Shown piece by piece: positions 36,427-45,454 of a DNA stretch of 64,000 nt. Location of the stretch: the NCBI GenBank assembly GCA_964552535.1, contig CAZKHE010000001.1:27976-91975 (forward strand), written 5' to 3'. Numbering within the stretch: the first letter of the stretch is position 1; each line of letters starts with the position of its first letter. Position numbers and translations under genes: made by a program. This DNA comes from an uncultured Enterobacteriaceae bacterium (GTDB lineage Bacteria > Pseudomonadota > Gammaproteobacteria > Burkholderiales > SG8-39). The notes under the pieces are model-generated. The model saw nothing but the letters and a program-made list of their open reading frames with translations. It made no database searches and was not told the DNA's origin.

Positions 36427-38046
36427 ATGATCCGCATCGACTTCGACACCGGGCACGTTGCGCGCTATCGCGCCGCGGGATTCTGGCAGGACGCGACGCT
36501 CGCCGACTGGCTCGCCGCCCGCGCGCAGCAGGCCGGCGGGCGCGAGGCGCTGCGCCAGGGCGACCGCCGCGTGACGTGGGCCGAGCTCGCGCGGCTCGTG
36601 CGGGCGCTGGCGCGCTCGCTCGACCGCCTCGGCGTCGCAAAGGGCGAGGTCGTCGCGGTGCAGCTCCCGAACATCGTGGAGTTCGTGGTCGCCTATCTCG
36701 CCATCACCTCGCGCGGCGCGGTGATGCAGACGCTGCACATGCCCTACCGGGCGGCCGAGCTCTCGACGCTGCTCGCGCACAGCGGGGCGGTGTGCGCGAT
36801 CGTCATGGCGCAGGCGAAGGACTACGCCGCCGCGCAGGTCGTGAACGCGCTCCAGCCGCGCCTCCCGGCCCTGCGGCACGTGATCGCGGTCGGCCCCGGT
36901 GCGCTGCCCGCGGATGCGATGCCGTTCGACGGCCTCGTCGCCGATGCCCACACGAACGACGCCGAACCCGCGCCGGTCGCGCGCTCCGGCAGCGATCCGT
37001 TCCTCCTGCTCTACACGTCGGGCACGACTTCCGCGCCGAAGGGCGTGCCGCACGCCTACCAGAACTTCCTGTCGAACTCGCGCCTCTCGGCCGCCGAGCT
37101 GTCGGTCGGCGTGGACGACGTCCTGCTCTCCGCCGCACCGTTCACGCATCTCTACGGCCTTTTCACCTTCAACATGGCGCTGGCGACCGGCGCGACGACG
37201 CTGCTCCTGCCGGCGTTCTCGCCGCCCGATCTCGCGCGCCTCATGCATGAAGCGCGGCCGACGCTCGCCTTCACCGCGCCGGCGCACATCGCCGCGTGCA
37301 TGGGGCAGAAGCTCTTCGACGGCCGCGACCTCGCGTCGCTGCGCTACGTGCAGATCTCCGGCAGCACCGTGCCGCCGGCGCTCGCGCGTGCCTTCGAGCC
37401 GCTGCTCGCGAACGGCAAGGTGATGCAGCTCTGGGGCATGACGGAGCTGCAGGCGGGCGCGTTCACGCGCCTCGCCGACCCCGAGGCGGTGCGCGTCGAG
37501 ACCACCGGGCGGCCGAGCCCGGGCACGGAGCTCCGCGTCGTGCGCGAGGACGGTACGCCCTGTGCGATCGGCGAGATCGGCGAGCTGCAGGTCCGCGGCC
37601 CGTCGCTCTTCGCCGGCTACCTGAACGACCCGGCGGCGACGCGTGCGGCGTTCACCGACGACGGCTTCTTCCGCACCGGGGACCTCGCGCGCGTGGACGC
37701 GGCGGGGAACACGACCCTGTGCGGCCGCTCGAAGGAGCTCATCAACCGCGGCGGCGTGAAGTTCAATCCGGTGGACGTCGAGATCCGCATCGCGCAGCAT
37801 CCCGCGGTCGAGATGTGCGCGATCGTGCCGATGCCCGACCCGGTGCTCGGCGAGCGCGCGTGCTGCTTCGCGACGCTCAGGCCGGGCCAGGCGCTTGCGC
37901 TCGCCGACCTCCAGCGGTGGCTCGAGGAAGCGGGGATCAGCAAGCTCAAGTGGCCCGAGCGGCTCGAGGTCCTCGACGCGCTGCCGATGACGCCGACGCG
38001 CAAGGTGATGAGGGGCGAGCTGGCGAAGCGGCTGGCCGCGCCCTGA
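36427..38046 (+). CDS. AMP-dependent synthetase/ligase (aromatic or alicyclic acid-CoA ligase-like)
   Basis: ATG at 36427. LLYTSGTTSAPKGVPH, GMTELQ, FRTGDLARVD, and GRSKELINRGGVKFNPVDVE are all present. Confidence 0.85.
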   Translation: MIRIDFDTGHVARYRAAGFWQDATLADWLAARAQQAGGREALRQGDRRVTWAELARLVRALARSLDRLGVAKGEVVAVQLPNIVEFVVAYLAITSRGAVMQTLHMPYRAAELSTLLAHSGAVCAIVMAQAKDYAAAQVVNALQPRLPALRHVIAVGPGALPADAMPFDGLVADAHTNDAEPAPVARSGSDPFLLLYTSGTTSAPKGVPHAYQNFLSNSRLSAAELSVGVDDVLLSAAPFTHLYGLFTFNMALATGATTLLLPAFSPPDLARLMHEARPTLAFTAPAHIAACMGQKLFDGRDLASLRYVQISGSTVPPALARAFEPLLANGKVMQLWGMTELQAGAFTRLADPEAVRVETTGRPSPGTELRVVREDGTPCAIGEIGELQVRGPSLFAGYLNDPAATRAAFTDDGFFRTGDLARVDAAGNTTLCGRSKELINRGGVKFNPVDVEIRIAQHPAVEMCAIVPMPDPVLGERACCFATLRPGQALALADLQRWLEEAGISKLKWPERLEVLDALPMTPTRKVMRGELAKRLAAP

Positions 38047-38077
38047 GCGACCGGGCGCTCGACCCGCCGCCGACCGG

Positions 38078-39073
38078 TCAGGCTGCGGCGAAGTCGAATG
38101 CGCGGCCCACCGCCGACGGCGTCACGCGCGCTTCGCCGAAGCGCGACACCAGCGCGTGCACCGCGCGCCAGCCGCTGCAGTGCGCGGGCACGATGCGCTC
38201 GAGATCGAAGCGCGCCATGTCCTCGACCGTCGGCTGGATGATGGGCTCGATCTTCGCCCCCGACAGATGCAGTCCGCCCATGACGGCGTGGAGCGGCACC
38301 TCGCCGAACACCCGCCGGGCGTCCTCGAGCACGTTGATCACGCCCGCGTGCGAGCAGGCGGTGAACACCACGACGCCCTTCCCGGCGACACGTGCGGCGA
38401 GGTAGCGCTCGTCGAGCAGCAGGGGATCCGGCTCCCACTGCCCGTCGGCCGACTTGCGCAGATGCCCCGGATAGCCCCGCTCGTAGGACGTGACGCGCGG
38501 AATCTCGCCGCTGAGATAGAAGTGGTTGCCGAGGAGCAGGCGCGGCTCGGGCGTGCTCACCACGTCGGCGCCGGCGGCGGTGAGCGCCTCGATGCCGGGC
38601 AGCTCCTCGAAGGGCAGCACGCCGCCATCGGCCAGCGAGGTGGCGCGCTCCACCAGCATGCCCTCGTGCAGGTGGCAGGGCACGGCCGAGCCGCGCGCGG
38701 CGGAGATCAGCCGAACCGCCTCGAGCAGGCCGCCGCCATGGTCCCAGTGACCGTGCGACAGGGCGATGGCGCCGACCTCGCCGAGCGGCAGTCCGAGGCG
38801 CTCCGCGTTGCGTCCGAACGTGTACCCCTCGGGCCCCGCATCGAACAGCAGTGTCGCGGTTCCGTCCCCGCTCTCCGCGCGCAGCAGCAGCGACAGCCCG
38901 TGGTGCGCGCAGCACTTCGCGCCGCCGGACATCCGGCGCATGCCGTAACGCCGCAGGACGTCATTCTCGTTGGTGACCCCCTGGAGAACCGAGGACAGGC
39001 TGTCGGTGACGTTGTCGACCACGACCTGCACGTGCAGTGCGGTAAGGGGGCGGAGGTCTGCAGCGAGCGTCAT
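38078..39073 (-). CDS. MBL-fold metallo-hydrolase
   Basis: ATG at 39073 inside shadow ORF 38078..40294. Metal motif LSHGHWDHGGG, with a later ACSHAG and HCSG. Confidence 0.75.
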   Translation of the reverse strand: MTLAADLRPLTALHVQVVVDNVTDSLSSVLQGVTNENDVLRRYGMRRMSGGAKCCAHHGLSLLLRAESGDGTATLLFDAGPEGYTFGRNAERLGLPLGEVGAIALSHGHWDHGGGLLEAVRLISAARGSAVPCHLHEGMLVERATSLADGGVLPFEELPGIEALTAAGADVVSTPEPRLLLGNHFYLSGEIPRVTSYERGYPGHLRKSADGQWEPDPLLLDERYLAARVAGKGVVVFTACSHAGVINVLEDARRVFGEVPLHAVMGGLHLSGAKIEPIIQPTVEDMARFDLERIVPAHCSGWRAVHALVSRFGEARVTPSAVGRAFDFAAA

Positions 39074-39364
39074 GTCGAGTCTTCCGATCTGGCATCCGCC
39101 TGGCGGACGGGCATCGGAATATACCTGCGTCCCCGGTCGGTCAGGCGGTGCGCGCCGGGTACACGCTTCGTCGATACCCCCGTCATGCCGTCCGGCGCTC
39201 CGCGGCGTCGCGCCGGCACATCTTGCCGGTACGCCGGCAAGGCGAGTCGCAGCACCGGCACGGCGCACCACAGCGCCGGTGACCGGGCTCGCGCGGGCGA
39301 ACGGCGCCCGGTGCCGGTATGCATCCTGCAATGCATCGCCTGCCCTCTCGGACCTGGAGCGATC

Positions 39365-40387
39365 ATGGCTCGTGCCCATCGACCACCCCTCGCCGTCGTG
39401 ACCGGCGCCAGCGCCGGCATCGGCCGCGCGGCGGTGCGCGCCTTCGCCGCCGCCGGCTACGACCTCGGCCTCATCGCCCGCGGCCGCGACGGGCTCCGTG
39501 CGGCCGCGGACGAGGTCGCGCGGGCCGGCGGGCGCGCGTCGGTGCACGCGCTCGACGTCGGCGACGCCGAGGCGGTCGAGGCCGCCGCGGCCGCTATCGA
39601 ATCCGAGCTGGGGCCCATCGACGTGTGGGTCAACGACGCGATGGTGACGGTCGTCGCGCCCGTCAAGGCGCTCGAGCCGGAGGAAGTGCGCCGCGTGACG
39701 GAAACGACCTACCTTGGCGCGGTCCACGGCACGATGGCCGCGCTGAAGCGCATGCTGCCGCGCGATCGCGGCACCATCGTGCAGGTGGGCTCGGCGCTCG
39801 CCTACCGCTCGATTCCCCTGCAGGCGCCCTACTGCGGCGCCAAGGCGGCGATCCGCGGCTTCACCGATTCGCTGCGCAGCGAGCTGATGCACGATCGCAC
39901 CGGCGTGCGCGTCACGATGGTCCACATGCCGGCCGTCAACACGCCGCAGTTCGATTGGTGCCGCACGCACATGCACCGGCGGCCGCAGCCGGTGCCGCCC
40001 ATCTATGCGCCCGAGGTCGCGGCGGCCGCGATCGTGTGGGCCGCCCGGCACGCGCCGCGCGAGCTGAACGTGGGCGGGTCGACGCTGCGCGCGGTGTGGG
40101 CGAACAAGCTCGTTCCCGGCCTGCTCGACCGCTATCTCGCGTACCGCGGCTACGAGTCGCAGCAGACCGACGAACCGGTGCAGGCCGACCGGCGCGACAA
40201 CCTGTTCGGACCGCTGCCCGGCGACTACGGCGCCGAGGGACGGTTCGTTTCCCGGTCGCGTCGATCCAGCGGGGAACTGTGGCTGCGCACGCACGCGCCC
40301 GCCATCGCCCTGGGCGTCGCTGCATTGGGCCTGGGCGTGCTCGCGGCCGGTCTGGGCGCGGTCCGTTCGTTGCCGAAGCGCGCCTGA
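39365..40387 (+). CDS. Short-chain dehydrogenase/reductase with C-terminal membrane anchor
   Basis: TGASAGIG cofactor motif, catalytic YCGAKAA, and a C-terminal hydrophobic segment AIALGVAALGLGVLAAGLGAV. Confidence 0.85.
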   Translation: MARAHRPPLAVVTGASAGIGRAAVRAFAAAGYDLGLIARGRDGLRAAADEVARAGGRASVHALDVGDAEAVEAAAAAIESELGPIDVWVNDAMVTVVAPVKALEPEEVRRVTETTYLGAVHGTMAALKRMLPRDRGTIVQVGSALAYRSIPLQAPYCGAKAAIRGFTDSLRSELMHDRTGVRVTMVHMPAVNTPQFDWCRTHMHRRPQPVPPIYAPEVAAAAIVWAARHAPRELNVGGSTLRAVWANKLVPGLLDRYLAYRGYESQQTDEPVQADRRDNLFGPLPGDYGAEGRFVSRSRRSSGELWLRTHAPAIALGVAALGLGVLAAGLGAVRSLPKRA

Positions 40388-40412
40388 GCCCGACCGGCTC
40401 GGGGCACGCGGC

Positions 40413-42227
40413 TCAGGGCTCGGGCGGACGCTCCCCGCGCGCCCCGCTGCGGTGCTCGCTCGGGCCCCCGGGAAACGAGAGGCCGCGCGCGGTGTTCACG
40501 AGCGCGAGGTGCGACAGCGCCTGCGGGAAGTTGCCGAGCATGCGCCTGCCCGCGACGTCGTACTCCTCGGAGAGCAGTCCGACGTCGTTGCGCAGCGCGA
40601 GCAGGCGCTCGAACACCGCCACCGCCTCGTCGTGCCGCCCGGCGAGCGCCAGGTTGTCGGCATACCAGAAGGTGCACGGCAGGAACACGCCTTCGCCCGG
40701 GGGCAGCCCCTCCACGTCGGGTCGCGTGCGATAGCGCTGCACGAAGCCGTCGACCAGCAACTCGCGCTCGATCGCCGCAAGCGTGCCGAGGAGACGCGGA
40801 TCGCGGGCGGGCAGGAAGCCGACGATGGCCATGAGCAGCAGGCTCGCGTCGGGCTCCCGCCCGCCGTAGTACCAGACGAAGGTGTTGCGCTCGGCGTCGA
40901 AGGCCTCGCGGCACACCTCGGCATGGATCTTCGCGGCGAGCGCGCGCCAGCGCGCCGCATCGCCCGGCTGGGCGTGGCACTCGATCGCCTTCACCGCGCG
41001 GTCCGCCGCGACCCACGCCATGACCTTCGAATGGGTGAAGTGGCGCTCCGGCCCGCGCACCTCCCAGATGCCGCTGTCCGGACGCGACCAGTTGGACTCG
41101 AGAAAGTCCATCAGCACGGTCTGGAACTTCCAGGCGTCGACGTCCGCCGCGAGCCCGGCGCCGCGGGCGACGTGCAGCGAATCCATCACCTCGCCGTAGA
41201 CGTCGAGCTGGAACTGCACGGCCGCGTGGTTGCCGATGCGCACCGGCGCCGCGCCCTCGTAACCGGGCAGCCAGGACGCGACCCATTCCGGCATGTTCCG
41301 CTCGCCGCGGATGCCGTAGAGCGGCTGCAGATCGTGCGGACTGCCGGCCGCCGCGCGCAGCAGCCATTCGCGCCATGCGTCGGCCTCCTCGCGGTAGCCG
41401 GCGAGCAGCAGGGCGTAGAGCGTGAACGTCGCATCGCGCAGCCAGCACATGCGGTAGTCCCAGTTGCGCACGCCGCCGGGCTGCTCCGGCAGCGACGTCG
41501 TCGGGGCCGCCAGGATGCCGCCGGTCGGTTCGAACGTGAGGGCCTTGAGCGTGATGAGCGAGCGCTCCACCGCCTCGCGCCAGCGGCCCCGGTAGCGGCC
41601 GCGCGCGGTCCACTCGGACCACCAGGCGTCGGTGCGCGCGAGCGCCGCCTCGGGATTCATCGGCACCGGTCCGGCCTCGTGCGAGGGCGAGTGCGTCAGC
41701 ACGAACGACACGCGCTGCCCCGCCGACACGGTGAAGCGGCTCTGCGGCGCGAGATCGGGATCGAGCACGTCGGCGCTGGGATGCAGTTCGAGCGTATGCG
41801 GACCCGCGACGGCGACGCGCGCGCCGTCGATCCGCCGCACCCACGGCACGTGCGAGCCGTAGTCGAAGCGCACGAGCAGGTCCATCTCCAGCTCGACCGT
41901 CCCCGACACGCCCTGCACGATGCGCACGAGGTCGGTGCGCCCGGGCCAGACGCCCATGAAATCGACCAAGCGGACGCAGCCGTCCGCGGTCGCGAACTCG
42001 GTTTCGAGCACGAGCGTGCCGTCGCGATAGCGCCGCGTGACGCGTTGCGGCGCCGCACGCGGCGCGATGCGCCAGCGGCCGTGATCGCGCGTTCCGAGCA
42101 GCGCGGCGAAGCACGCTCCGGAATCGAAGTGGGGCATGCACAACCAGTCGATGGCGCCATCCCGCGAGACCAGGGCCGCGGTCTCCAGGTCGCCGATCAG
42201 CGCGTAGTCCTCGATGCGTGCGGGCAT
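40413..42227 (-). CDS. Glycoside hydrolase family 15 (glucoamylase / trehalase-like)
   Basis: ATG at 42227. IEDYALIGDLETAALVSRDGAIDWLCMPHFDS, GGILAAPTTSLPE, NWDYRMCWLRDA, and FPQALSHLALVN are typical of bacterial GH15. Confidence 0.9.
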   Translation of the reverse strand: MPARIEDYALIGDLETAALVSRDGAIDWLCMPHFDSGACFAALLGTRDHGRWRIAPRAAPQRVTRRYRDGTLVLETEFATADGCVRLVDFMGVWPGRTDLVRIVQGVSGTVELEMDLLVRFDYGSHVPWVRRIDGARVAVAGPHTLELHPSADVLDPDLAPQSRFTVSAGQRVSFVLTHSPSHEAGPVPMNPEAALARTDAWWSEWTARGRYRGRWREAVERSLITLKALTFEPTGGILAAPTTSLPEQPGGVRNWDYRMCWLRDATFTLYALLLAGYREEADAWREWLLRAAAGSPHDLQPLYGIRGERNMPEWVASWLPGYEGAAPVRIGNHAAVQFQLDVYGEVMDSLHVARGAGLAADVDAWKFQTVLMDFLESNWSRPDSGIWEVRGPERHFTHSKVMAWVAADRAVKAIECHAQPGDAARWRALAAKIHAEVCREAFDAERNTFVWYYGGREPDASLLLMAIVGFLPARDPRLLGTLAAIERELLVDGFVQRYRTRPDVEGLPPGEGVFLPCTFWYADNLALAGRHDEAVAVFERLLALRNDVGLLSEEYDVAGRRMLGNFPQALSHLALVNTARGLSFPGGPSEHRSGARGERPPEP

Positions 42228-42407
42228 GGTGGCAGTCGGGAAAGCGCCGCACGCGGACCTCGGTCCGTGCAGCGAAGGCTCGATCCGGGCACCGCCCGCA
42301 CGATCCGTGCCGCCGCGGGCGCTGCCGGACCGGTGGCAGGTGCGGGCACGGCTGATGCTCGCGGCCGAATCGAGAGCCCGACGCGCGTCGACACAGGAGA
42401 TCGTCCG

Positions 42408-43019
42408 ATGGCAGACAGTCACGCCACGCCGACCGACGCTCGGCGTCGATCGGGCATTCCCGGCATGGCGGCGGGCGCGCTGGCAGTCGTCGTGCTGCTC
42501 GGCATCGCGGGCCTGACCGTCGTCTACAGCGGCGCCTACAACGTGGCGGCGACGGAGAACCACGCCGCATTCGTCCGGTGGGCGTTCGACACGACGTTCC
42601 ACAAATCGGTGGAGCGCCGCGCGCCCGAGCCTCCCGACCGCGCGGCGCTCAGTCAGCCGGCGCTCGCGGCCGCCGCGAGCGCCTACAAGTCGACCTGCGA
42701 ACACTGCCACGCAGGCCCGGGCGCGAAGCGCGCCGAGTGGGCGAGCGGCATGCGGCCGCGGCCGCCGCACCTTGCCGAGGCGGCCGCGCGCTGGGAACTG
42801 CGCGAAGTGTTCTGGATCGCGAAGCACGGCGTCAAGATGACCGGCATGCCGGCGTTCGGCCCGACTCACGACGACCGCACGTTGTGGAACATCGCCGCAT
42901 TCGTGAAGCAGCTGCCGGCGATGACGGCCGAGGAGTACGCGGCGCTGGGCGGTGCCGCTCGGCACGGCGGCTCCGCCAACGCGGCGGGCGCGCGCACTGA
43001 ACACGAGGGGCGTCCCTGA
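42408..43019 (+). CDS. Membrane-anchored c-type cytochrome
   Basis: N-terminal TM anchor, haem-binding CEHCH, and a distal Met region KHGVKMTGMPAFG. Confidence 0.7.
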   Translation: MADSHATPTDARRRSGIPGMAAGALAVVVLLGIAGLTVVYSGAYNVAATENHAAFVRWAFDTTFHKSVERRAPEPPDRAALSQPALAAAASAYKSTCEHCHAGPGAKRAEWASGMRPRPPHLAEAAARWELREVFWIAKHGVKMTGMPAFGPTHDDRTLWNIAAFVKQLPAMTAEEYAALGGAARHGGSANAAGARTEHEGRP

Positions 43020-43020
43020 C

Positions 43021-43470
43021 ATGTCGTACTGGCGCTTCGCGGCGATGATCGCGACCTCGACCATCGTCATGTACGGGCTGATGTACCTGAACACCTACGC
43101 CTGGGAGCACGTGTTCTGGAGCGAGACCCGCGCGTGGATGGCGCTCGTCATGGGCGCGACGATGTCGGTGATCATGCTGGGCTACATGCTTGGCATGTAC
43201 CCGAAGAAATCCCTGAACCTGGCGATCTTCGCCGGCTCGATCGCCGTTTTCGCGCTCACGCTCTGGCTCGTGCGGAGCCAGGCCACCGTCAACGATGTCG
43301 ACTACCTGCGCGCGATGATTCCGCACCACTCGATCGCCATCCTCACCAGCGAGCGGGCCCAGATCTCGGACCCGCGGGTGCGCAAGCTGGCCGACGAGGT
43401 CATCGAGGCGCAGGAGCGCGAGATCGCCGAGATGCGCTATCTCGTGCGCGACCTGGAGGCGAGGGACTGA
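43021..43470 (+). CDS. DUF305-family membrane protein (metal-stress associated family)
   Basis: Three TM helices, then MIPHHSIAI and AQEREIAEM, which are typical of the DUF305 four-helix domain. Confidence 0.7.
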   Translation: MSYWRFAAMIATSTIVMYGLMYLNTYAWEHVFWSETRAWMALVMGATMSVIMLGYMLGMYPKKSLNLAIFAGSIAVFALTLWLVRSQATVNDVDYLRAMIPHHSIAILTSERAQISDPRVRKLADEVIEAQEREIAEMRYLVRDLEARD

Positions 43471-44024
43471 TGCGCTGGCGACTTCTCCTGGTGGCCGGAC
43501 TGCTCGCCGGGTGCACCGGAGACGATGCGCCCGACGACGACCTGACCGCCGTCCATCCGCCTGAGATCGCGCGCGCCACCAGCGCCAGGCAGGCGCTCAC
43601 CGGCGCGAACCTCCCGATGCTCGACCCGGCGACGCTCAACGACGCCGAGATCGCGAGATCCCTTGCCGAAGGGCCCCGGTGCGACTTCCGCTACACCATT
43701 GCGGGCGCGCCGGTGCTCGCGGTGCGCATGGAGCCGACCGGCGTGGCGCGCGCTGCCGTCGTCAAGCTGAACGGCCATCTCGTGCCGCTCGAGCCGGCGC
43801 CGGCGGAAGCCGGCGCCGAAGCGGGGGCGCGCCTCCGCATCGTCGCCGACCCGATCCGCCTGTACGTCGAAGCCGCTTCCCTCGCCCCCCGCGCCGGGGA
43901 CCGCGATAGCCGGCGGCAGGAGGCGAACATGATCTTCGAGGTCGGGGACCGGCTGCGCGCGGGCTATCGCGGCTTCCTGGACTGCGCGCTCGAGCCGCGC
44001 ACGCAGGCGCTCGGCCACCGGTGA
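43470..44024 (+). CDS. Lipoprotein, function unknown
   Basis: ATG overlaps the upstream stop (TGATG). Lipobox LLAGC. Confidence 0.5.
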   Translation: MRWRLLLVAGLLAGCTGDDAPDDDLTAVHPPEIARATSARQALTGANLPMLDPATLNDAEIARSLAEGPRCDFRYTIAGAPVLAVRMEPTGVARAAVVKLNGHLVPLEPAPAEAGAEAGARLRIVADPIRLYVEAASLAPRAGDRDSRRQEANMIFEVGDRLRAGYRGFLDCALEPRTQALGHR

Positions 44025-44072
44025 ATCCGGCGATCGTTGCTGCTGCGACGCCGCGGCGGCGGTCCGGAGCGG

Positions 44073-44540
44073 CTACTCGAAGCTCGCGTCCGCCTGCCAT
44101 CGGCGCAGCGTCTTGCGCTGCTCCGGCGTCAGGACCGACTCGAGCTTCTCGTGCGCCTCGAGCGTGTTCTCGATGCGCGCCTGACGCAGTTCGCCCAGCC
44201 GCTTGTAGGCGGCCGACACGGCGGCGCGGTCGAATTTCTCGGCGGCATACAGGTCCCGCAGACGCGCGGCCTCGTCCTGCGTCTTGCCGAGGATGTCCCA
44301 GTTCTTGCGCCGCAGTTCGTCCTGGATCCGGTTGACCTGCGTGCGCTGGTCGTCGTTGAGGTCGAGCTGGCGCAGGCCCATCATGCCGGGCCCGTAGCCG
44401 CCCATCATGCCGCGGCCCATGCCGTAGCCCGGGGTCTCGCCGGGCTGCCGCGCGACCTGCGACGACGCCACGCCCGCGATCAGCGCGAAGGCAGGCGCCC
44501 CGCGGCCCCCAGAGGAGGCGCCCGAGAGGCGAAACGGCAA
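44073..44540 (-). CDS. Periplasmic Spy/CpxP-family (LTxxQ-type) protein
   Basis: Gly/Met-rich segment GYGMGRGMMGGYGPGMM. Helical body with LNDDQRTQV and the C-terminal LTPEQRKTL motif. Confidence 0.65.
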   Translation of the reverse strand: MPFRLSGASSGGRGAPAFALIAGVASSQVARQPGETPGYGMGRGMMGGYGPGMMGLRQLDLNDDQRTQVNRIQDELRRKNWDILGKTQDEAARLRDLYAAEKFDRAAVSAAYKRLGELRQARIENTLEAHEKLESVLTPEQRKTLRRWQADASFE

Positions 44541-44623
44541 GCACGAACGCCGAATGACTTATTGCAAACGCGGCCGCGAAGGCTTCTGCTAGAGCGTCTC
44601 GCACAAGCGAAAGGAGGGGAACC

Positions 44624-45364
44624 GTGGCGACCTACGTATTGGTACACGGGGCCTGGCAAGGTGCGTCGACATGGGCTTTCGTCGAAGAGGGCCTGCGCCG
44701 GGCCGGGCACACCGTTCACACTCCCACCATGTCCGGAGCGGGGATCAGGCGATACGAGTTGAATCCGGCAATCACGCTGGACACACACGTGCAGGACGTG
44801 CTCGGAGTGCTCGAGTTCGAGAACCTCCGGGACGTGATCCTCGTCGGCCACAGTTATGGCGGGATGATCATCACCACCGTAGCCGAGCACGCATCCGCTC
44901 GTCTCTCGATGCTCGTTTATGTTGACGCGTTCGTACCGCACGACGGGCAATCCGCCTTCGAGTTCTTCCCTCCGTGGTTGGCAGATACGCTGAATCAGCA
45001 GGCGGCGGAACTCGGCCAAGGCTGGCTTCTCCCGGGTCTCGAAGCCCGCCTCGATCTCTGGGCACTGAAGCATGGCCCCGCCCGGGACTTCGTCCGCACG
45101 AAGCTGACCGACTTCTCGATCTCATGCTTCAAGAGCCAGGCGCGCCTTCCGAAGCAGGCCGCCTCCAAACTCCCCCGTGCATACATCGCCTGCAATGCCG
45201 AGGGCTACCGGCTCGGCGAGGTCTTCGCGCCGTTCGCCGCCCAAGCACGGCGAGAGGGCTGGCCCAGCATCGAGCTCGCCACGGGGCACGACTGCCACGT
45301 CGAGGCGCCGGAGGAGTGCATCGCCTTCCTGGACGGCCTGGCACGGCGCCGCCCCGGCGTTTGA
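44624..45364 (+). CDS. Alpha/beta hydrolase (plant-type esterase / methylesterase-like)
   Basis: YVLVHGAWQGASTW, nucleophile elbow GHSYGG, and a C-terminal GHDCHVEAPEE. By eye it is more A/T-rich than its flanks. Confidence 0.8.
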   Translation: MATYVLVHGAWQGASTWAFVEEGLRRAGHTVHTPTMSGAGIRRYELNPAITLDTHVQDVLGVLEFENLRDVILVGHSYGGMIITTVAEHASARLSMLVYVDAFVPHDGQSAFEFFPPWLADTLNQQAAELGQGWLLPGLEARLDLWALKHGPARDFVRTKLTDFSISCFKSQARLPKQAASKLPRAYIACNAEGYRLGEVFAPFAAQARREGWPSIELATGHDCHVEAPEECIAFLDGLARRRPGV

Positions 45365-45454
45365 CCGCTCTTTCCTCCGCGGCAAGCACGGGGAGGAGCA
45401 CGCCGCCGCGCACGGCTTCGGCGTCGCGACTCGCGTGCCGGCGGCTGGTCGGCG

